Below, piece by piece: positions 7,905 to 19,568 of a DNA stretch of 64,000 nt; the first letter of the stretch is position 1, and every line of letters begins with the position of its first letter. The position numbers and the translations under genes were made by a program. The notes beneath the pieces were generated by a model, which searched no databases, was not told the DNA's origin, and saw only the letters and a program-made list of their open reading frames with translations. Source of the DNA: an uncultured delta proteobacterium (GTDB lineage Bacteria; Desulfobacterota; Binatia; UBA9968). The DNA lies in the NCBI GenBank assembly GCA_963816145.1, contig CAWFJP010000004.1, positions 224,001-288,000 of the forward strand. Direction: 5' to 3'.

Positions 7905-8852
7905 CTACAATCGCTCGGTGAACTTCAAGTTGGCGAGCTTTAAATATTTCGTTAGCCCGGCCAGATGCTCCTGCGCCGTGGTCGGCTTGAAACCGACGAA
8001 AATACTCGAAATAAACGTGCGCATGAGATCGCGATGTTCCGGTGCGCCGAGCTTGATCACGCTCTGGATCGTCCGGGAGCGCAGAGGTTCTTTGAACTCG
8101 CGGCTGAGCACGACGGCGTGGGAGGGGATCGGCCCTTGATCCTCGATGGAGCGTGTGCCGGCGAGGACTTCGTTATAGAGCTTCTCGGGCACGTCGCCGG
8201 CGATGATTGTGGTATCGACTTGGCCCTGTTTGAGCGCCTGCCAGCACTGGCCATAACCGCCGCCGAACAGCACTTCCTTAAAGAAGGATTTAGGGTCGGC
8301 TTCCTTGCCTTCGCCGGGTTGGAGCAGGTTCAGCTCAACCATCCGGCCCATGGGCGCGACGAATCCGGAAGTGGAAATTGGGCTGGGAAAGCACGCCGAC
8401 TTGCCTTTCAGCGATGCCAAATCTTTGTAAGGTGAGTCGGGATTGACCACCCAGTAGGAATAATAATACGGAGCGTCGACTTTTTCTTTGCCGTGGAGTA
8501 CTTGGCGCACCTCGGCCAACGCTACCTCGGCGCCGCCAAGGCGGACTGCCAACTGAGCCGGCCAGGCTGACATGAAGGCGACCTGCGCATGGCCAAAGCG
8601 CAGCGATTCCACCACCGCGGCGAAGCTGGTTGGCACATAGAGCTCCACTTTGGTTTTGCCGCCGAGGCTTTGTTCGAGAAATTTTTGCAGTGGCTTGGCT
8701 TTGTTGAGCATCTCATCGCTGGCCACTGTCGGTTGGATCGCGATGACGAGTTTTCCTTGAGCACGTGCCGGTTCGGAGAAAGCTATCAACAGCCAAAACA
8801 ATGCCGAAAATGTTCCCCGGATGATTCCTAGATTATTGGCGTTTAACATCAA
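7905..8852 (-). CDS. PhnD/PtxB-like (phosphate/phosphite/phosphonate family) ABC substrate-binding protein
   Basis: Signal peptide; AVVESLRFGHAQVAF and STSGFVAP motifs; substrate not determinable from sequence. Confidence 0.8.
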   Translation of the reverse strand: MMLNANNLGIIRGTFSALFWLLIAFSEPARAQGKLVIAIQPTVASDEMLNKAKPLQKFLEQSLGGKTKVELYVPTSFAAVVESLRFGHAQVAFMSAWPAQLAVRLGGAEVALAEVRQVLHGKEKVDAPYYYSYWVVNPDSPYKDLASLKGKSACFPSPISTSGFVAPMGRMVELNLLQPGEGKEADPKSFFKEVLFGGGYGQCWQALKQGQVDTTIIAGDVPEKLYNEVLAGTRSIEDQGPIPSHAVVLSREFKEPLRSRTIQSVIKLGAPEHRDLMRTFISSIFVGFKPTTAQEHLAGLTKYLKLANLKFTERL

Positions 8853-8910
8853 TGAAGGCTCCCTTGATCTCTTGTCGCAACTTGATTATTAAGGTGGCAG
8901 GCAAGATTTA

Positions 8911-8973
8911 GTTTAGACGTAAAACAAATTCATGCTTCGCCATCCAAAATACTTATTCTTCGTATAGTCGAAG
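8911..8973. promoter_or_regulatory. Candidate DtxR/MntR-type operator in divergent promoter
   Basis: Palindrome CTTCG-TATAGT-CGAAG (8958-8973); further TTMG half-sites at 8913 and 8936. Confidence 0.5.
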
Positions 8974-8993
8974 CTAGAAAGTTTGTCAAATCT

Positions 8994-9659
8994 ATGGAAG
9001 AAATTAAAGTCACCCATGCGTTAGAAGATTATCTCAAGGCTATTTATGTACTTATGGAAGACGGGCAGCCGGTTATAGCCGCCCGGATGGCTGCCGAGGC
9101 CGGGGTTTCGGCATCGACGATCTTCGCCACGGTTCGGCGGTTAGAAAAAGATGGCTACGTGACGATCAATCGGCGCAAAGAAATTCATTTGACCAGTGAG
9201 GGTAAGAAGATTGCGGAACGAACGATTCGGCGCCATTTCCTGACCGAGCGGTTTCTGACCGATCTGTTGGGACTGGATTGGGTCAAGGCGCATCAGGAAG
9301 CGCACCGTCTGGAACATGCGATTTCCCAAGAAGTTGAAGAGCGCTTGGCGAAATTGCTAAATAATCCGCTGACCTGTCCCCACGGCAATCGCATTCCCGG
9401 GGCTGCTACAGGCAACCTGAGCAAGACTACGCCACTCAATGACGCCAACGACGGCCAAACCGTCGAGCTCGATTTCATTACCGAAGGCGGCGAACGCGAC
9501 GTGCGCCTATTAAGTTACTTACAGGAGCATGGTCTGGTCCCGGGGGCGAAGGTGTTGGTCGTCGACGTCGCGCCGTCCCTCGGCATGATGACGCTCAAGG
9601 TCGGCGATGACCAGTTTTCTTTGGGCATCGAGGCGGCTAAAAAAATCCGCGTGCACTAA
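8994..9659 (+). CDS. DtxR/MntR/IdeR-family metal-dependent repressor with FeoA-like C-terminal domain
   Basis: EDYLKAIY; RRHFLTERFL; AHQEAHRLEHAIS; CPHGNRIP. Confidence 0.93.
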   Translation: MEEIKVTHALEDYLKAIYVLMEDGQPVIAARMAAEAGVSASTIFATVRRLEKDGYVTINRRKEIHLTSEGKKIAERTIRRHFLTERFLTDLLGLDWVKAHQEAHRLEHAISQEVEERLAKLLNNPLTCPHGNRIPGAATGNLSKTTPLNDANDGQTVELDFITEGGERDVRLLSYLQEHGLVPGAKVLVVDVAPSLGMMTLKVGDDQFSLGIEAAKKIRVH

Positions 9660-9676
9660 ATCTTTTCAGCGCGGGG

Positions 9677-9967
9677 CTAGTTCGAACTCGCCGGCTCTGA
9701 CGCTTCACTGGCCGGCGCGGCGGTTTGTGAATCTGCCTCGGCTTGCCGCCCGGCGAGCTCGTTGGCGAGAAACTCAATCTGGTCGATCAGCGGAATGTCC
9801 CGGTCGATGACGATCAATTCCCGTCCTTTGACCCGGCAACTCCCGCTGTGAGCGCGATAGCCGACTTCGCGCAAAAGCTTCTCCATGCGCACTTGAATAT
9901 TCAGCTGTTTGGCGCTGACGATCAGATCCTGAAGGCGGGCTTCCTGACGATTCTTCGGTCGCTGCAT
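9677..9967 (-). CDS. Hypothetical protein
   Basis: 96-aa ORF with plausible RBS, fills the gap between genes. Confidence 0.65.
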   Translation of the reverse strand: MQRPKNRQEARLQDLIVSAKQLNIQVRMEKLLREVGYRAHSGSCRVKGRELIVIDRDIPLIDQIEFLANELAGRQAEADSQTAAPASEASEPASSN

Positions 9968-10157
9968 TTATCCAACTTCTCTAGAGTAGGGCGGATTATC
10001 TCCTAAAGGCGCGCGGATGTAAACGGTCGGCGGCGATTCCGTTTGTAATTAGTCCCGGCCTTGTTATCGTGTCGATAGTGCCCCAGGCCTAGGGGAGAAA
10101 TAGCTGACGGCGATCGCCGGTTACGGTGACTGCACCGGCAATCTAACGGAGAGACCT

Positions 10158-10994
10158 ATGATCAAAAACATCTTGATTCCGCTCGACGGCTCCGAGCATT
10201 CCAAGGCGGCGCTCGATTACGCGATCTGGCTCGTGCGCGGCTTTGACGGCATGTTATTGGGCCAGCATGTGATCGATACGGTTTCCCTCGAAGGAACCTT
10301 CTTCCACGATGTCTCAGGCTCGCTCGGATTCGAACCCTATCTCGATTTTTCCACCAAGATGCGCGAGCTCCTCGATGACCGCGGCAAACTTATTCTCGAC
10401 TACTTCCGCGAGACCTGCGCGGCAAAAAATATTCGGGTGCAGACCTTTCTCGATACCGGGCTGATCGCCAATGAAATCTGCGAGCGGGCCAAGGTTGCCG
10501 ATCTGGTAGTGATCGGTCATCGCGGCGTCAACGAAGGCTTCACCGCTGGCATGCTCGGCTCGACCGCCGAAACGATCATTCGCAAATGTCCGCGGCCGAT
10601 CTTTGTATCGACCAAGCGCTTCGACAACATTGCAAACCCATTGCTAGCCTACGATGGCAGCCAGCGGGCGAGCTCGGCGATGGAATCGGCGGCGGAGTTT
10701 TGTACAGTGCTCAAGCTGCCTCTCACGGTGCTCTCTATCGCCCGGGAAGAAGCGGCGGCGCAGGCGATCTTGCAGCAGGCCAAGGCCTATCTCGGCTCCT
10801 ACGCCATCGACGTCAAGTACGAGACTGCGCGCGGTTACCCCGAGCAGAAAATCATCGAGTATCTGGTCAATCTCAAATACGACTTGCTGTTCATCGGCGC
10901 CCACGGCCACCGGCGAATTATTAAGATGGTGCTCGGCGGCACGACGGAATATGTATTGCGCAATGCGCCCTGTCCGGTTTTTCTGAACAGATAA
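10158..10994 (+). CDS. Universal stress protein (tandem Usp domains)
   Basis: ILIPLDGSEHS; DLVVIGHRG; LGSTAE; LGGTTEYVLRNAPCPV. Confidence 0.92.
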   Translation: MIKNILIPLDGSEHSKAALDYAIWLVRGFDGMLLGQHVIDTVSLEGTFFHDVSGSLGFEPYLDFSTKMRELLDDRGKLILDYFRETCAAKNIRVQTFLDTGLIANEICERAKVADLVVIGHRGVNEGFTAGMLGSTAETIIRKCPRPIFVSTKRFDNIANPLLAYDGSQRASSAMESAAEFCTVLKLPLTVLSIAREEAAAQAILQQAKAYLGSYAIDVKYETARGYPEQKIIEYLVNLKYDLLFIGAHGHRRIIKMVLGGTTEYVLRNAPCPVFLNR

Positions 10995-11010
10995 CAGCCG
11001 TTCAAGGGTT

Positions 11011-11057
11011 CATCCCTCGATACGCGACCTTCGGCCCCTACTCGGGACAAACGGTTT
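11011..11057. repeat. Short REP-like extragenic palindrome
   Basis: TCCCTCGATAC...CTACTCGGGACAAACGG imperfect inverted repeat between usp and the nitrilase gene. Confidence 0.35.
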
Positions 11058-11072
11058 AAGGGTTTCGAAAAT

Positions 11073-11876
11073 ATGAAGTTCATTGCCGCCGCGGTGCAGA
11101 TGTTGGCTTCGGATGACAAAGCGGCGAATCTCGCCGAAGCTGAGCGTTGGGTGCGCGAGGCGGCTGGCCTAGGTGCGCGTCTCGTGGTCCTACCGGAAGT
11201 TTTTATTTGGCGCGGTAACAAAAAATTAGAAAGAGAGTTTGCCGAAGCGATTCCCGGACCGACTGCGAACCGACTTGCCGGATTGGCGCGGGAGTTGAAG
11301 ATTTTCTTACTTGGCGGTTCGATTCTCGAAACGATTCCCGCCAGCGCGAAAGCCTACAACACGAGTCTGCTCTTTGGTCCGGCGGGCGAACTGCTAGCGG
11401 CCTACCGTAAGATTCATCTCTTCGATGTCGACCTGGCCAACGGCGTGTCGCTGCGCGAGTCGGAGACCCGCGCTCATGGCGGCGATGTCGTGGCGGTGCA
11501 GACCGAGCTTGGGACGATGGGTTTGTCGGTTTGCTACGATCTGCGTTTCCCCGAACTGTATCGCGGTTTAGCCGACCAGGGCGCGCATTTGATCTTCGTC
11601 CCGTCGGCGTTCACGGCCTTCACCGGCCAGGCGCATTGGGAAATTCTTCTCCGTGCCCGCGCCATCGAGAACCAAACCTACATCATCGCCGCCGATCAAT
11701 ATGGCAAAGGCGCCAAAAGCTTCGAATGCCACGGCCACTCGATGATCGTCGATCCCTGGGGTACTATACTCGCCGAGCTCCCTGACGGTCCCGGCGTCAT
11801 CACGGCGGAAATCGATCTCGACCATCTCACCAAAGTGCGCGCCGAGCTGCCGGCGCTGCAGCACCGCAGATTGTAG
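11073..11876 (+). CDS. Carbon-nitrogen hydrolase (Nit1/deaminated glutathione amidase-like)
   Basis: Glu-Lys-Cys triad: LPE, YRKIHLFDV, VCYDLRFPELYR; ARAIENQ. Confidence 0.92.
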   Translation: MKFIAAAVQMLASDDKAANLAEAERWVREAAGLGARLVVLPEVFIWRGNKKLEREFAEAIPGPTANRLAGLARELKIFLLGGSILETIPASAKAYNTSLLFGPAGELLAAYRKIHLFDVDLANGVSLRESETRAHGGDVVAVQTELGTMGLSVCYDLRFPELYRGLADQGAHLIFVPSAFTAFTGQAHWEILLRARAIENQTYIIAADQYGKGAKSFECHGHSMIVDPWGTILAELPDGPGVITAEIDLDHLTKVRAELPALQHRRL

Positions 11877-12323
11877 GGCACGAATGCTTGCACCCTCGTG
11901 CCGGTTATCTGATAGGAACTCTACCACCTACGTTGAGTCCAGCCAGATCTACTGTTCGGGCACTGTGCGAATGGCGGATTCTAGGCGGTGTTGAGCATGG
12001 CTGTCATTGCCGGGATTGTCATTTTAGAATCGATGGTCGGCGCATAGAACACGCGGGTGAAACTCAGATTGTCTAGTTTCTGACGGCGCTGATGCCCGCA
12101 AAAATCGCTGGGGCTCCCGTGCGCAGCGCGATTACAGCTAGCGTTGTGGTCTCCGATTGCCGAATTTTTTGTCGGAAGGCTACTTCTCAGAATCGCTTAT
12201 GCTGTGTCTAACGGTATCTCATCGCGAATTTGGACATTCAGGTAATCGAACCGCGTTGCACCAGACAAGACATAACATGCATCCGCGTTGACATCATGAA
12301 TTGCCCGGCTTAAGACTGACTCG

Positions 12324-12689
12324 ATGCTGTCTTTTTCGCCGTGCAGGGCGGCCGTTCAACTCTGCGCGATAACGCTGCATACCTTTCTTCTCGGCATCGT
12401 TATCCTCGCTTCGGTTCCGCAGGTCTCGAATCGAGCGGGGGATTATCGACCGGTACGAGAGAGTCGGTTGGCTGCGCTGCACGATCCGGTCGACGGCACG
12501 GCACTCAACCGAGGGGTAAAACGCTATGACGACCAGAACCCAGCCGGTTTCTTGGCGTTGGCTCGTTTCCGTCAGGCCCAGATCCAACAAACGACGCGGC
12601 TCAGTTTCGATATAAATGATGGTTTTTATCGCCAGCCTACTCTGGGGTTTCTGCCGATCCGTTCTCCGCCTTTCCATCTTCCTTTGTAA
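12324..12689 (+). CDS. Hypothetical protein with hydrophobic N-region and C-terminal RSPP motif
   Basis: LHTFLLGIVILASV near the N-terminus; LPIRSPPFHLPL before the stop; start uncertain. Confidence 0.4.
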   Translation: MLSFSPCRAAVQLCAITLHTFLLGIVILASVPQVSNRAGDYRPVRESRLAALHDPVDGTALNRGVKRYDDQNPAGFLALARFRQAQIQQTTRLSFDINDGFYRQPTLGFLPIRSPPFHLPL

Positions 12690-12876
12690 CTTTCGGGCAG
12701 TTAAATAGCGAACAATTCGTTCTGTGATCGCCGTTGCCGGTGAGCCTGGGGCGATTCGTCGTTCGTCGTGACTTGATCGAGCATCGCCGCGGTCAGCGCG
12801 CGCCATTCCAGTTGCGCAGAGACCTTGCGCTTCGAGTACGAAATGCCGCTGCTTCGCCGGCGATAAAGGAGTCGAA

Positions 12877-12966
12877 ATGATAGAGGGATTCTCTACGGAT
12901 ACTATTATCGTACTAGGTTTTTTAGTTGCCGCAGTGCTTTTCATCGCCTGGGTGAGAAGACAATAG
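12877..12966 (+). CDS. 29-aa single-TM small protein (not in ORF track)
   Basis: AAAGGAG RBS; MIEGFSTDTIIVLGFLVAAVLFIAWVRRQ. Confidence 0.6.
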   Translation: MIEGFSTDTIIVLGFLVAAVLFIAWVRRQ

Positions 12967-13184
12967 TTTCCCAGATGCAATCTTTCGTTCACTAGGCAAA
13001 CTAGTTCCCTCATGCTCACGCGTACGGGTGCTGCGCGTGGGCATGCCGCGCCATTTCGTGTTCGCGGCGATTTCCGCGTTTACCGGCTAAAGCCAACAGG
13101 AATCACTACTGCGTGCGCGTCATCGAAAACCGGGGCTTCGCTATCGTTGCCTCAATTAAACTGACAACTCACTCGATTTCATTC

Positions 13185-13221
13185 TGCCTAGGAATTAAGC
13201 GCACCGCTCAATTCCTAGGCA
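13185..13221. promoter_or_regulatory. Tandem NtrC-like enhancer sites
   Basis: TGCCTAGGAATT-N13-AATTCCTAGGCA inverted repeat about 100 bp upstream of a sigma54 promoter. Confidence 0.65.
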
Positions 13222-13316
13222 CCTACGGCTTCTTCAATCTCGACGTTTTTAGTCGATGATTCGCCGAATAGTTTAATCATTTCGCTGAGTATCGCTGCGC
13301 TCGCGGCGAAAAATGA

Positions 13317-15541
<2,225 letters not shown>

Positions 15542-15556
15542 TTATAGTATGGTTAT

Positions 15557-15587
15557 GGGGGCAGCGGTGATCAGCACCGCTGCTCCC
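15557..15587 (+). terminator. GC-rich hairpin between amtB and glnA
   Basis: GGGGCAGCGGTG-ATCAG-CACCGCTGCTCC; no clear U-tract. Confidence 0.45.
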
Positions 15588-15637
15588 TGCGCTTCTGCGC
15601 GAGTAACAACATAAACCTAGAAACGAGGAGCAAATAG

Positions 15638-17053
15638 ATGTCCGTAAAAGACGTCCTAGAGATGGCGAAGAAGAACAAGGTGGAGATCGTCGATTTCAAG
15701 TTTATCGACGTGCCCGGGCTGTGGCAGCATTTTTCGATCCCGGCCACCGATCTCGACGCCGATAAGTTTGAATCGGGTTTGGGTTTCGACGGATCGAGTA
15801 TCCGTGGCTTCCAGTCGATCAACGAATCCGACATGATCCTTTTGCCCGACCCTGACACCGCCATGATGGATCCGTTCACCGAACACCCCACTCTTAGCTT
15901 TGTCTGTAACGTGCTCGATGCGATCACCCGCCAGCCCTACTCCCGGGACCCGCGCTATATTACGCAGAAAGCCGAGAAGTACCTAAAGTCCACCGGTCTG
16001 GCCGACATCAGCTATTGGGGGCCCGAGATCGAGTTTTTTATCTTTGATAGTATCCGCTTCGATCAGAACCATCACGAAGGTTATTATCATATCGACTCCA
16101 GTGAAGGGTTCTGGAACTCCGGCAACGGCGACGGTGCCAATCTGGGCAACAAGATCAGATACAAAGAAGGCTACTTCCCGGTCCCGCCGATGGACCAGTA
16201 CCAAGACCTCAGGTCAGAAATGGTCATGAACCTGGAGAAATGCGGCATCAAGATCGAAGTGCATCATCACGAAGTCGCCACCGGCGGTCAGACCGAGATC
16301 GACATGCGCTTTGACACCATGACCAAGATGGCCGACAAGGTGTTGCTCTATAAGTATGTCGTCAAGAACACCGCCCGCAAACGCGGCAAAGTAGTGACCT
16401 GCATGCCCAAACCGCTGTTCCAAGACAATGGCTCCGGCATGCACTGCCACCAGAGTCTGTGGAAAGCCGGCAAGAATATCTTTTACGACAAGAAGGGCTA
16501 CGGGCTGATCAGCGATACTGCGAGATACTACATCGGCGGGCTGATCAAACATGCCCATGCGCTGTGCGCCTTTATCGCGCCAACGACCAATTCCTATAGA
16601 AGACTTGTTCCCGGCTACGAAGCGCCGATCAATTTAGTCTACTCGGCGAGAAACCGCAGCGCTTGCGTCAGAATCCCTATGTACTCGACCAGCGAGAAGG
16701 CCAAGCGGTTGGAGTTCAGAACCCCTGATCCGAGTGCCAATCCGTACTTTGCCTTTCCGGCGATGATGATGGCCGGGTTGGACGGCATCCGCAATAAGAT
16801 CGAGCCGCCCAAACCGATCGACAAGAACTTGTATGAGCTGGAGCCTGAGGAAGCGGCCAAGGTTAAATCGATGCCGGGATCGTTAGATCAGGCCCTCGAT
16901 GCGTTGGAGAAGGATCATGACTTCCTGCTCAAGGGCGATGTGTTTACCAAGGACGTGATCGAGACCTGGCTCGAGTACAAGCGCAAGCATGAGGTCGATG
17001 CCATCCGGCTCCGTCCTCATCCTTGGGAGTTCGCTCTCTATTTCGATATCTAA
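15638..17053 (+). CDS. glnA: Glutamine synthetase type I
   Basis: FDGSSIRGF; HHEVATGGQ; [18 protein letters not shown]; adenylylation site KNLYEL. Confidence 0.97.
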   Translation: MSVKDVLEMAKKNKVEIVDFKFIDVPGLWQHFSIPATDLDADKFESGLGFDGSSIRGFQSINESDMILLPDPDTAMMDPFTEHPTLSFVCNVLDAITRQPYSRDPRYITQKAEKYLKSTGLADISYWGPEIEFFIFDSIRFDQNHHEGYYHIDSSEGFWNSGNGDGANLGNKIRYKEGYFPVPPMDQYQDLRSEMVMNLEKCGIKIEVHHHEVATGGQTEIDMRFDTMTKMADKVLLYKYVVKNTARKRGKVVTCMPKPLFQDNGSGMHCHQSLWKAGKNIFYDKKGYGLISDTARYYIGGLIKHAHALCAFIAPTTNSYRRLVPGYEAPINLVYSARNRSACVRIPMYSTSEKAKRLEFRTPDPSANPYFAFPAMMMAGLDGIRNKIEPPKPIDKNLYELEPEEAAKVKSMPGSLDQALDALEKDHDFLLKGDVFTKDVIETWLEYKRKHEVDAIRLRPHPWEFALYFDI

Positions 17054-17062
17054 CCCATGACC

Positions 17063-17100
17063 ATTTGGACTGAGGGTTGAGTGCCCTCAGTCCAAATTTT
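17063..17100 (+). terminator. Intrinsic terminator after glnA
   Basis: ATTTGGACTGAGGG-loop-CCCTCAGTCCAAATTTT. Confidence 0.7.
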
Positions 17101-17126
17101 GCTGGCGCAGAATTTACGGGGGACCC

Positions 17127-17873
17127 ATGGGTGAGGTCGTCGTTTTCCAGCATGACCCATTCGAAGATCTGGGTTTCTTCGCCGAAGTCTTGGCAAAGCA
17201 GGGTGCTGCCTATCGAGTGGTCCGTCTGTTCCACGACGAAATGCCAGAGGAGAACTGGGACCAAGTCAAAGCTCTGATCATTCTCGGCGGGCCGATGAAT
17301 GTCGACGACGAGGCCGATTTTCCATTCTTGCGCTGGGAAAAGCGCATTATTCGGGCGGCCATTGACGAAGCGGTGCCGATTTTGGGCATTTGTCTCGGGG
17401 CGCAGTTGATTGCCGCTACGCTCGGCGCTGCGGTTTTTCACGGTTCGGTCAAAGAGATCGGCTGGAGCCCGATTTCGATCACGCCGCACGGCCAGGTCGA
17501 TTCTCTGCTGGGATATTTGCCGGAAAATGCCACGGTGTTTCAGTGGCATGGCGACGGTTTCGAATTGCCGACGGGCGCCATCCTGCTGGCTTCGTCGCAG
17601 CATTTTCGCACCCAGGCGTTTCGCGTCGGCAAAACCATTTACGGCCTGCAATTTCATCTCGAAGTGACGCCGCGCATGATCGAACGATGGATCGACGAGC
17701 GATCCAAAGACCTGGCGCTGGCGCCCTATGTGCAGCCGGACAAGATTATGGCCGATACACATAATTACGCGCCGGCATTGAAATACTACGGCGAGCGGTT
17801 TCTTTCGGAGTTTGTGCGGCGCGTCGCTCGATCAAAAAGTCGCAAAGCCGACGGCGGACAGGTTTTGGTATGA
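17127..17873 (+). CDS. Type 1 glutamine amidotransferase-like protein
   Basis: LGGPMNV; LGICLGAQL (Cys nucleophile); QFHLEV (His-Glu). Confidence 0.9.
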   Translation: MGEVVVFQHDPFEDLGFFAEVLAKQGAAYRVVRLFHDEMPEENWDQVKALIILGGPMNVDDEADFPFLRWEKRIIRAAIDEAVPILGICLGAQLIAATLGAAVFHGSVKEIGWSPISITPHGQVDSLLGYLPENATVFQWHGDGFELPTGAILLASSQHFRTQAFRVGKTIYGLQFHLEVTPRMIERWIDERSKDLALAPYVQPDKIMADTHNYAPALKYYGERFLSEFVRRVARSKSRKADGGQVLV

Positions 17874-18457
17874 AAAAAGTCCTCGTCATCGACGATCACG
17901 AATTATCGCGTAATCAACTGGTCGAAAGTTTGCGCAACTGCGGTTATCAAATCGCTGCCGAGGGAGCGAGCGGCAGGGTGGCCTCGGCGCTAGCGCACGC
18001 TTCGGCTGCTGAAGTCATCGTTATGGCAGTGGGGCTGGCGGATCTCGACGGCATCGAAGCCGCGCGCGAGATCATGCAAACCCGTCCCCTGCCGATTGTG
18101 TTGATTACGAGTCATGCCGATCCTTCGACGGTCGCCCGCGCGACCCAAGCGGGCGTGATGAGTTATCTGGTCAAACCGCTGCGGGTGGAGGAACTCGCGC
18201 CCGCCATCGAGCTCGCGGTCAGCCGTTTCCGTGAATTTGTTTCCTTGCGCGATGAAGTCTCCACCCTCAAGCTCAATCTTGAAGAACGCAAATTGATCGA
18301 ACGCGCCAAAGGGTTGCTGATGGAACAACGCCATCTCTCCGAAGAACGCGCCTATGCGCTGATGAAAAAAGCCAGCATGAACATGCGCAAGCCGATGGCG
18401 GATATCGCCCAGGCGATACTACTCGCTGGTGGACTGCTGACCGAATCTAATCCGTAA
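17870..18457 (+). CDS. ANTAR-domain antiterminator with pseudo-receiver domain (NasT/AmiR-like)
   Basis: REC-like N-terminus; ERKLIERAKGLLM...AYALMKKASMN ANTAR signature; Ala53 at the phospho-Asp position. Confidence 0.9.
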   Translation: MKKVLVIDDHELSRNQLVESLRNCGYQIAAEGASGRVASALAHASAAEVIVMAVGLADLDGIEAAREIMQTRPLPIVLITSHADPSTVARATQAGVMSYLVKPLRVEELAPAIELAVSRFREFVSLRDEVSTLKLNLEERKLIERAKGLLMEQRHLSEERAYALMKKASMNMRKPMADIAQAILLAGGLLTESNP

Positions 18458-18491
18458 ATCTACCGCTTATCGATTAATGTCCCGTTGCGGC

Positions 18492-18677
18492 GATGTTTGA
18501 AATCCCTCGCCTTCAAGCGAAGAGAAGATTTGTAATTCCGGTGGAGGCCGGCATCCATACTTCGCTTGTGTTGCAAGTCTAAAAAAAATACTGGATTCCG
18601 GCCTGCGCCGGAATGGCGAAAGAAAGAGTCGTCTTCGAGTCGAAAAATTCAGAACCCCTCGGCCTAAAGCCGAAGGT
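18492..18677 (-). mobile_element. MITE-like palindromic element, copy A
   Basis: Reverse complement aligns over about 185 bp with 24525-24734; terminal CCTCGGC-TTTAA-GCCGAGG-type hairpin and internal TTCCGGCGNAGGCCGGAATCCA palindrome. Confidence 0.7.
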
Positions 18678-18794
18678 CATTCAGTGCGTCGCGGAAACGC
18701 AAAGTTTTTGAGCGTTGTCGTATTTTGACTGCGCCGCGGTCTTGGCCCCCTCTCTACTGAAATATCTTCTAGTTGCAAGAGATTCGCTTCTAGC

Positions 18795-18910
18795 TGCATG
18801 TTGTTTAGGCATGCTCGTGACCATTGAACAGGCGATTATTATTAACGGAATATTAAAACGTCATGATATCGCGATGTTTGTGATTGCTGATGAGTGGCAC
18901 GGCGGTTGCG
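18795..18910 (+). promoter_or_regulatory. NtrC-like site plus sigma54 promoter
   Basis: TGCATG-N5-TAGGCA at 18795-18811; TGGCAC-GGCGG-TTGCG at 18895-18910. Confidence 0.78.
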
Positions 18911-18924
18911 TTATCAGTTAAGCG

Positions 18925-18990
18925 AGGGCGATGTTGCCCTGGGTTGAGCAAAGGCGCTCACCGTGGTCCGGTGCAGCGCCTTAATTTTTT
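18925..18990 (+). promoter_or_regulatory. ANTAR dual-hairpin RNA element overlapping an intrinsic terminator
   Basis: P1 AGGGC-GATGTT-GCCCT; P2 TGAGC-AAAGGC-GCTCA; terminator AAGGCGCTCACCG...CGGTGCAGCGCCTTAATTTTTT uses the P2 loop and 3' arm. Confidence 0.85.
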
Positions 18991-19002
18991 CTGGAGGTAA
19001 AA

Positions 19003-19200
19003 ATGATAAAAACAGGCAAAACCGCAACCGAGAGAATTTTTGAAAATATCATTTTCTTGGCCGACGTGTTCGGTGAACAGCTGGAGAAAGATATTCCGGT
19101 GTGGCCGGTGTTGGAGATGGCACGTTGTTTTGAACTCGCACAGCCGGACATCGCTCATGCCAATAGACTGCGCCGGAAAGACTGGCAGCTATGGAACTAA
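19003..19200 (+). CDS. Small hypothetical protein (65 aa)
   Basis: GGAGG RBS; first ORF after the ANTAR terminator; overlaps the next gene. Confidence 0.65.
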   Translation: MIKTGKTATERIFENIIFLADVFGEQLEKDIPVWPVLEMARCFELAQPDIAHANRLRRKDWQLWN

Positions 19201-19568
19201 CGCCGGTGAATTACCGGATCACGGAAGTTGCCGGCTGGGTTGTCGTCACGCCGTCCGGCAAAGCCGAAAACAATGAGCCGTTGCGGGTGCGCCATCTGTT
19301 TCGCCGCTGGCTGACGCGCCAGGGCATCCGCGTGATCGTTAATCTCAAGCAACTGGAGCAGTTTGGAATTTGGGAGGTGGGGGTGCTGACATCGTTCAAG
19401 CGTCAAGTCGATCAACGGGTCGGCGTATTGCGGCTGTGCAATTTAGATCCATCCTTACAGGGTTATTTTTATAACGACCGATTTTCCGAATGTTTCGAAA
19501 TCTACAACGATCTCGAAGCGGCTATGGGAGGAGTTCATCGAAGTGGAAAGCACGAATGCGGTCACTGA
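19191..19568 (+). CDS. STAS-domain (anti-sigma antagonist-like) protein
   Basis: VVVTPSGK...VIVNLKQLEQF...LRLCNL...FEIYNDLEAA pattern. Confidence 0.75.
   Translation: MELTPVNYRITEVAGWVVVTPSGKAENNEPLRVRHLFRRWLTRQGIRVIVNLKQLEQFGIWEVGVLTSFKRQVDQRVGVLRLCNLDPSLQGYFYNDRFSECFEIYNDLEAAMGGVHRSGKHECGH

Noticed and set aside
12294-13019. 241-aa minus-strand ORF
   Set aside because: No recognisable motifs, and it overlaps better-supported plus-strand small ORFs.
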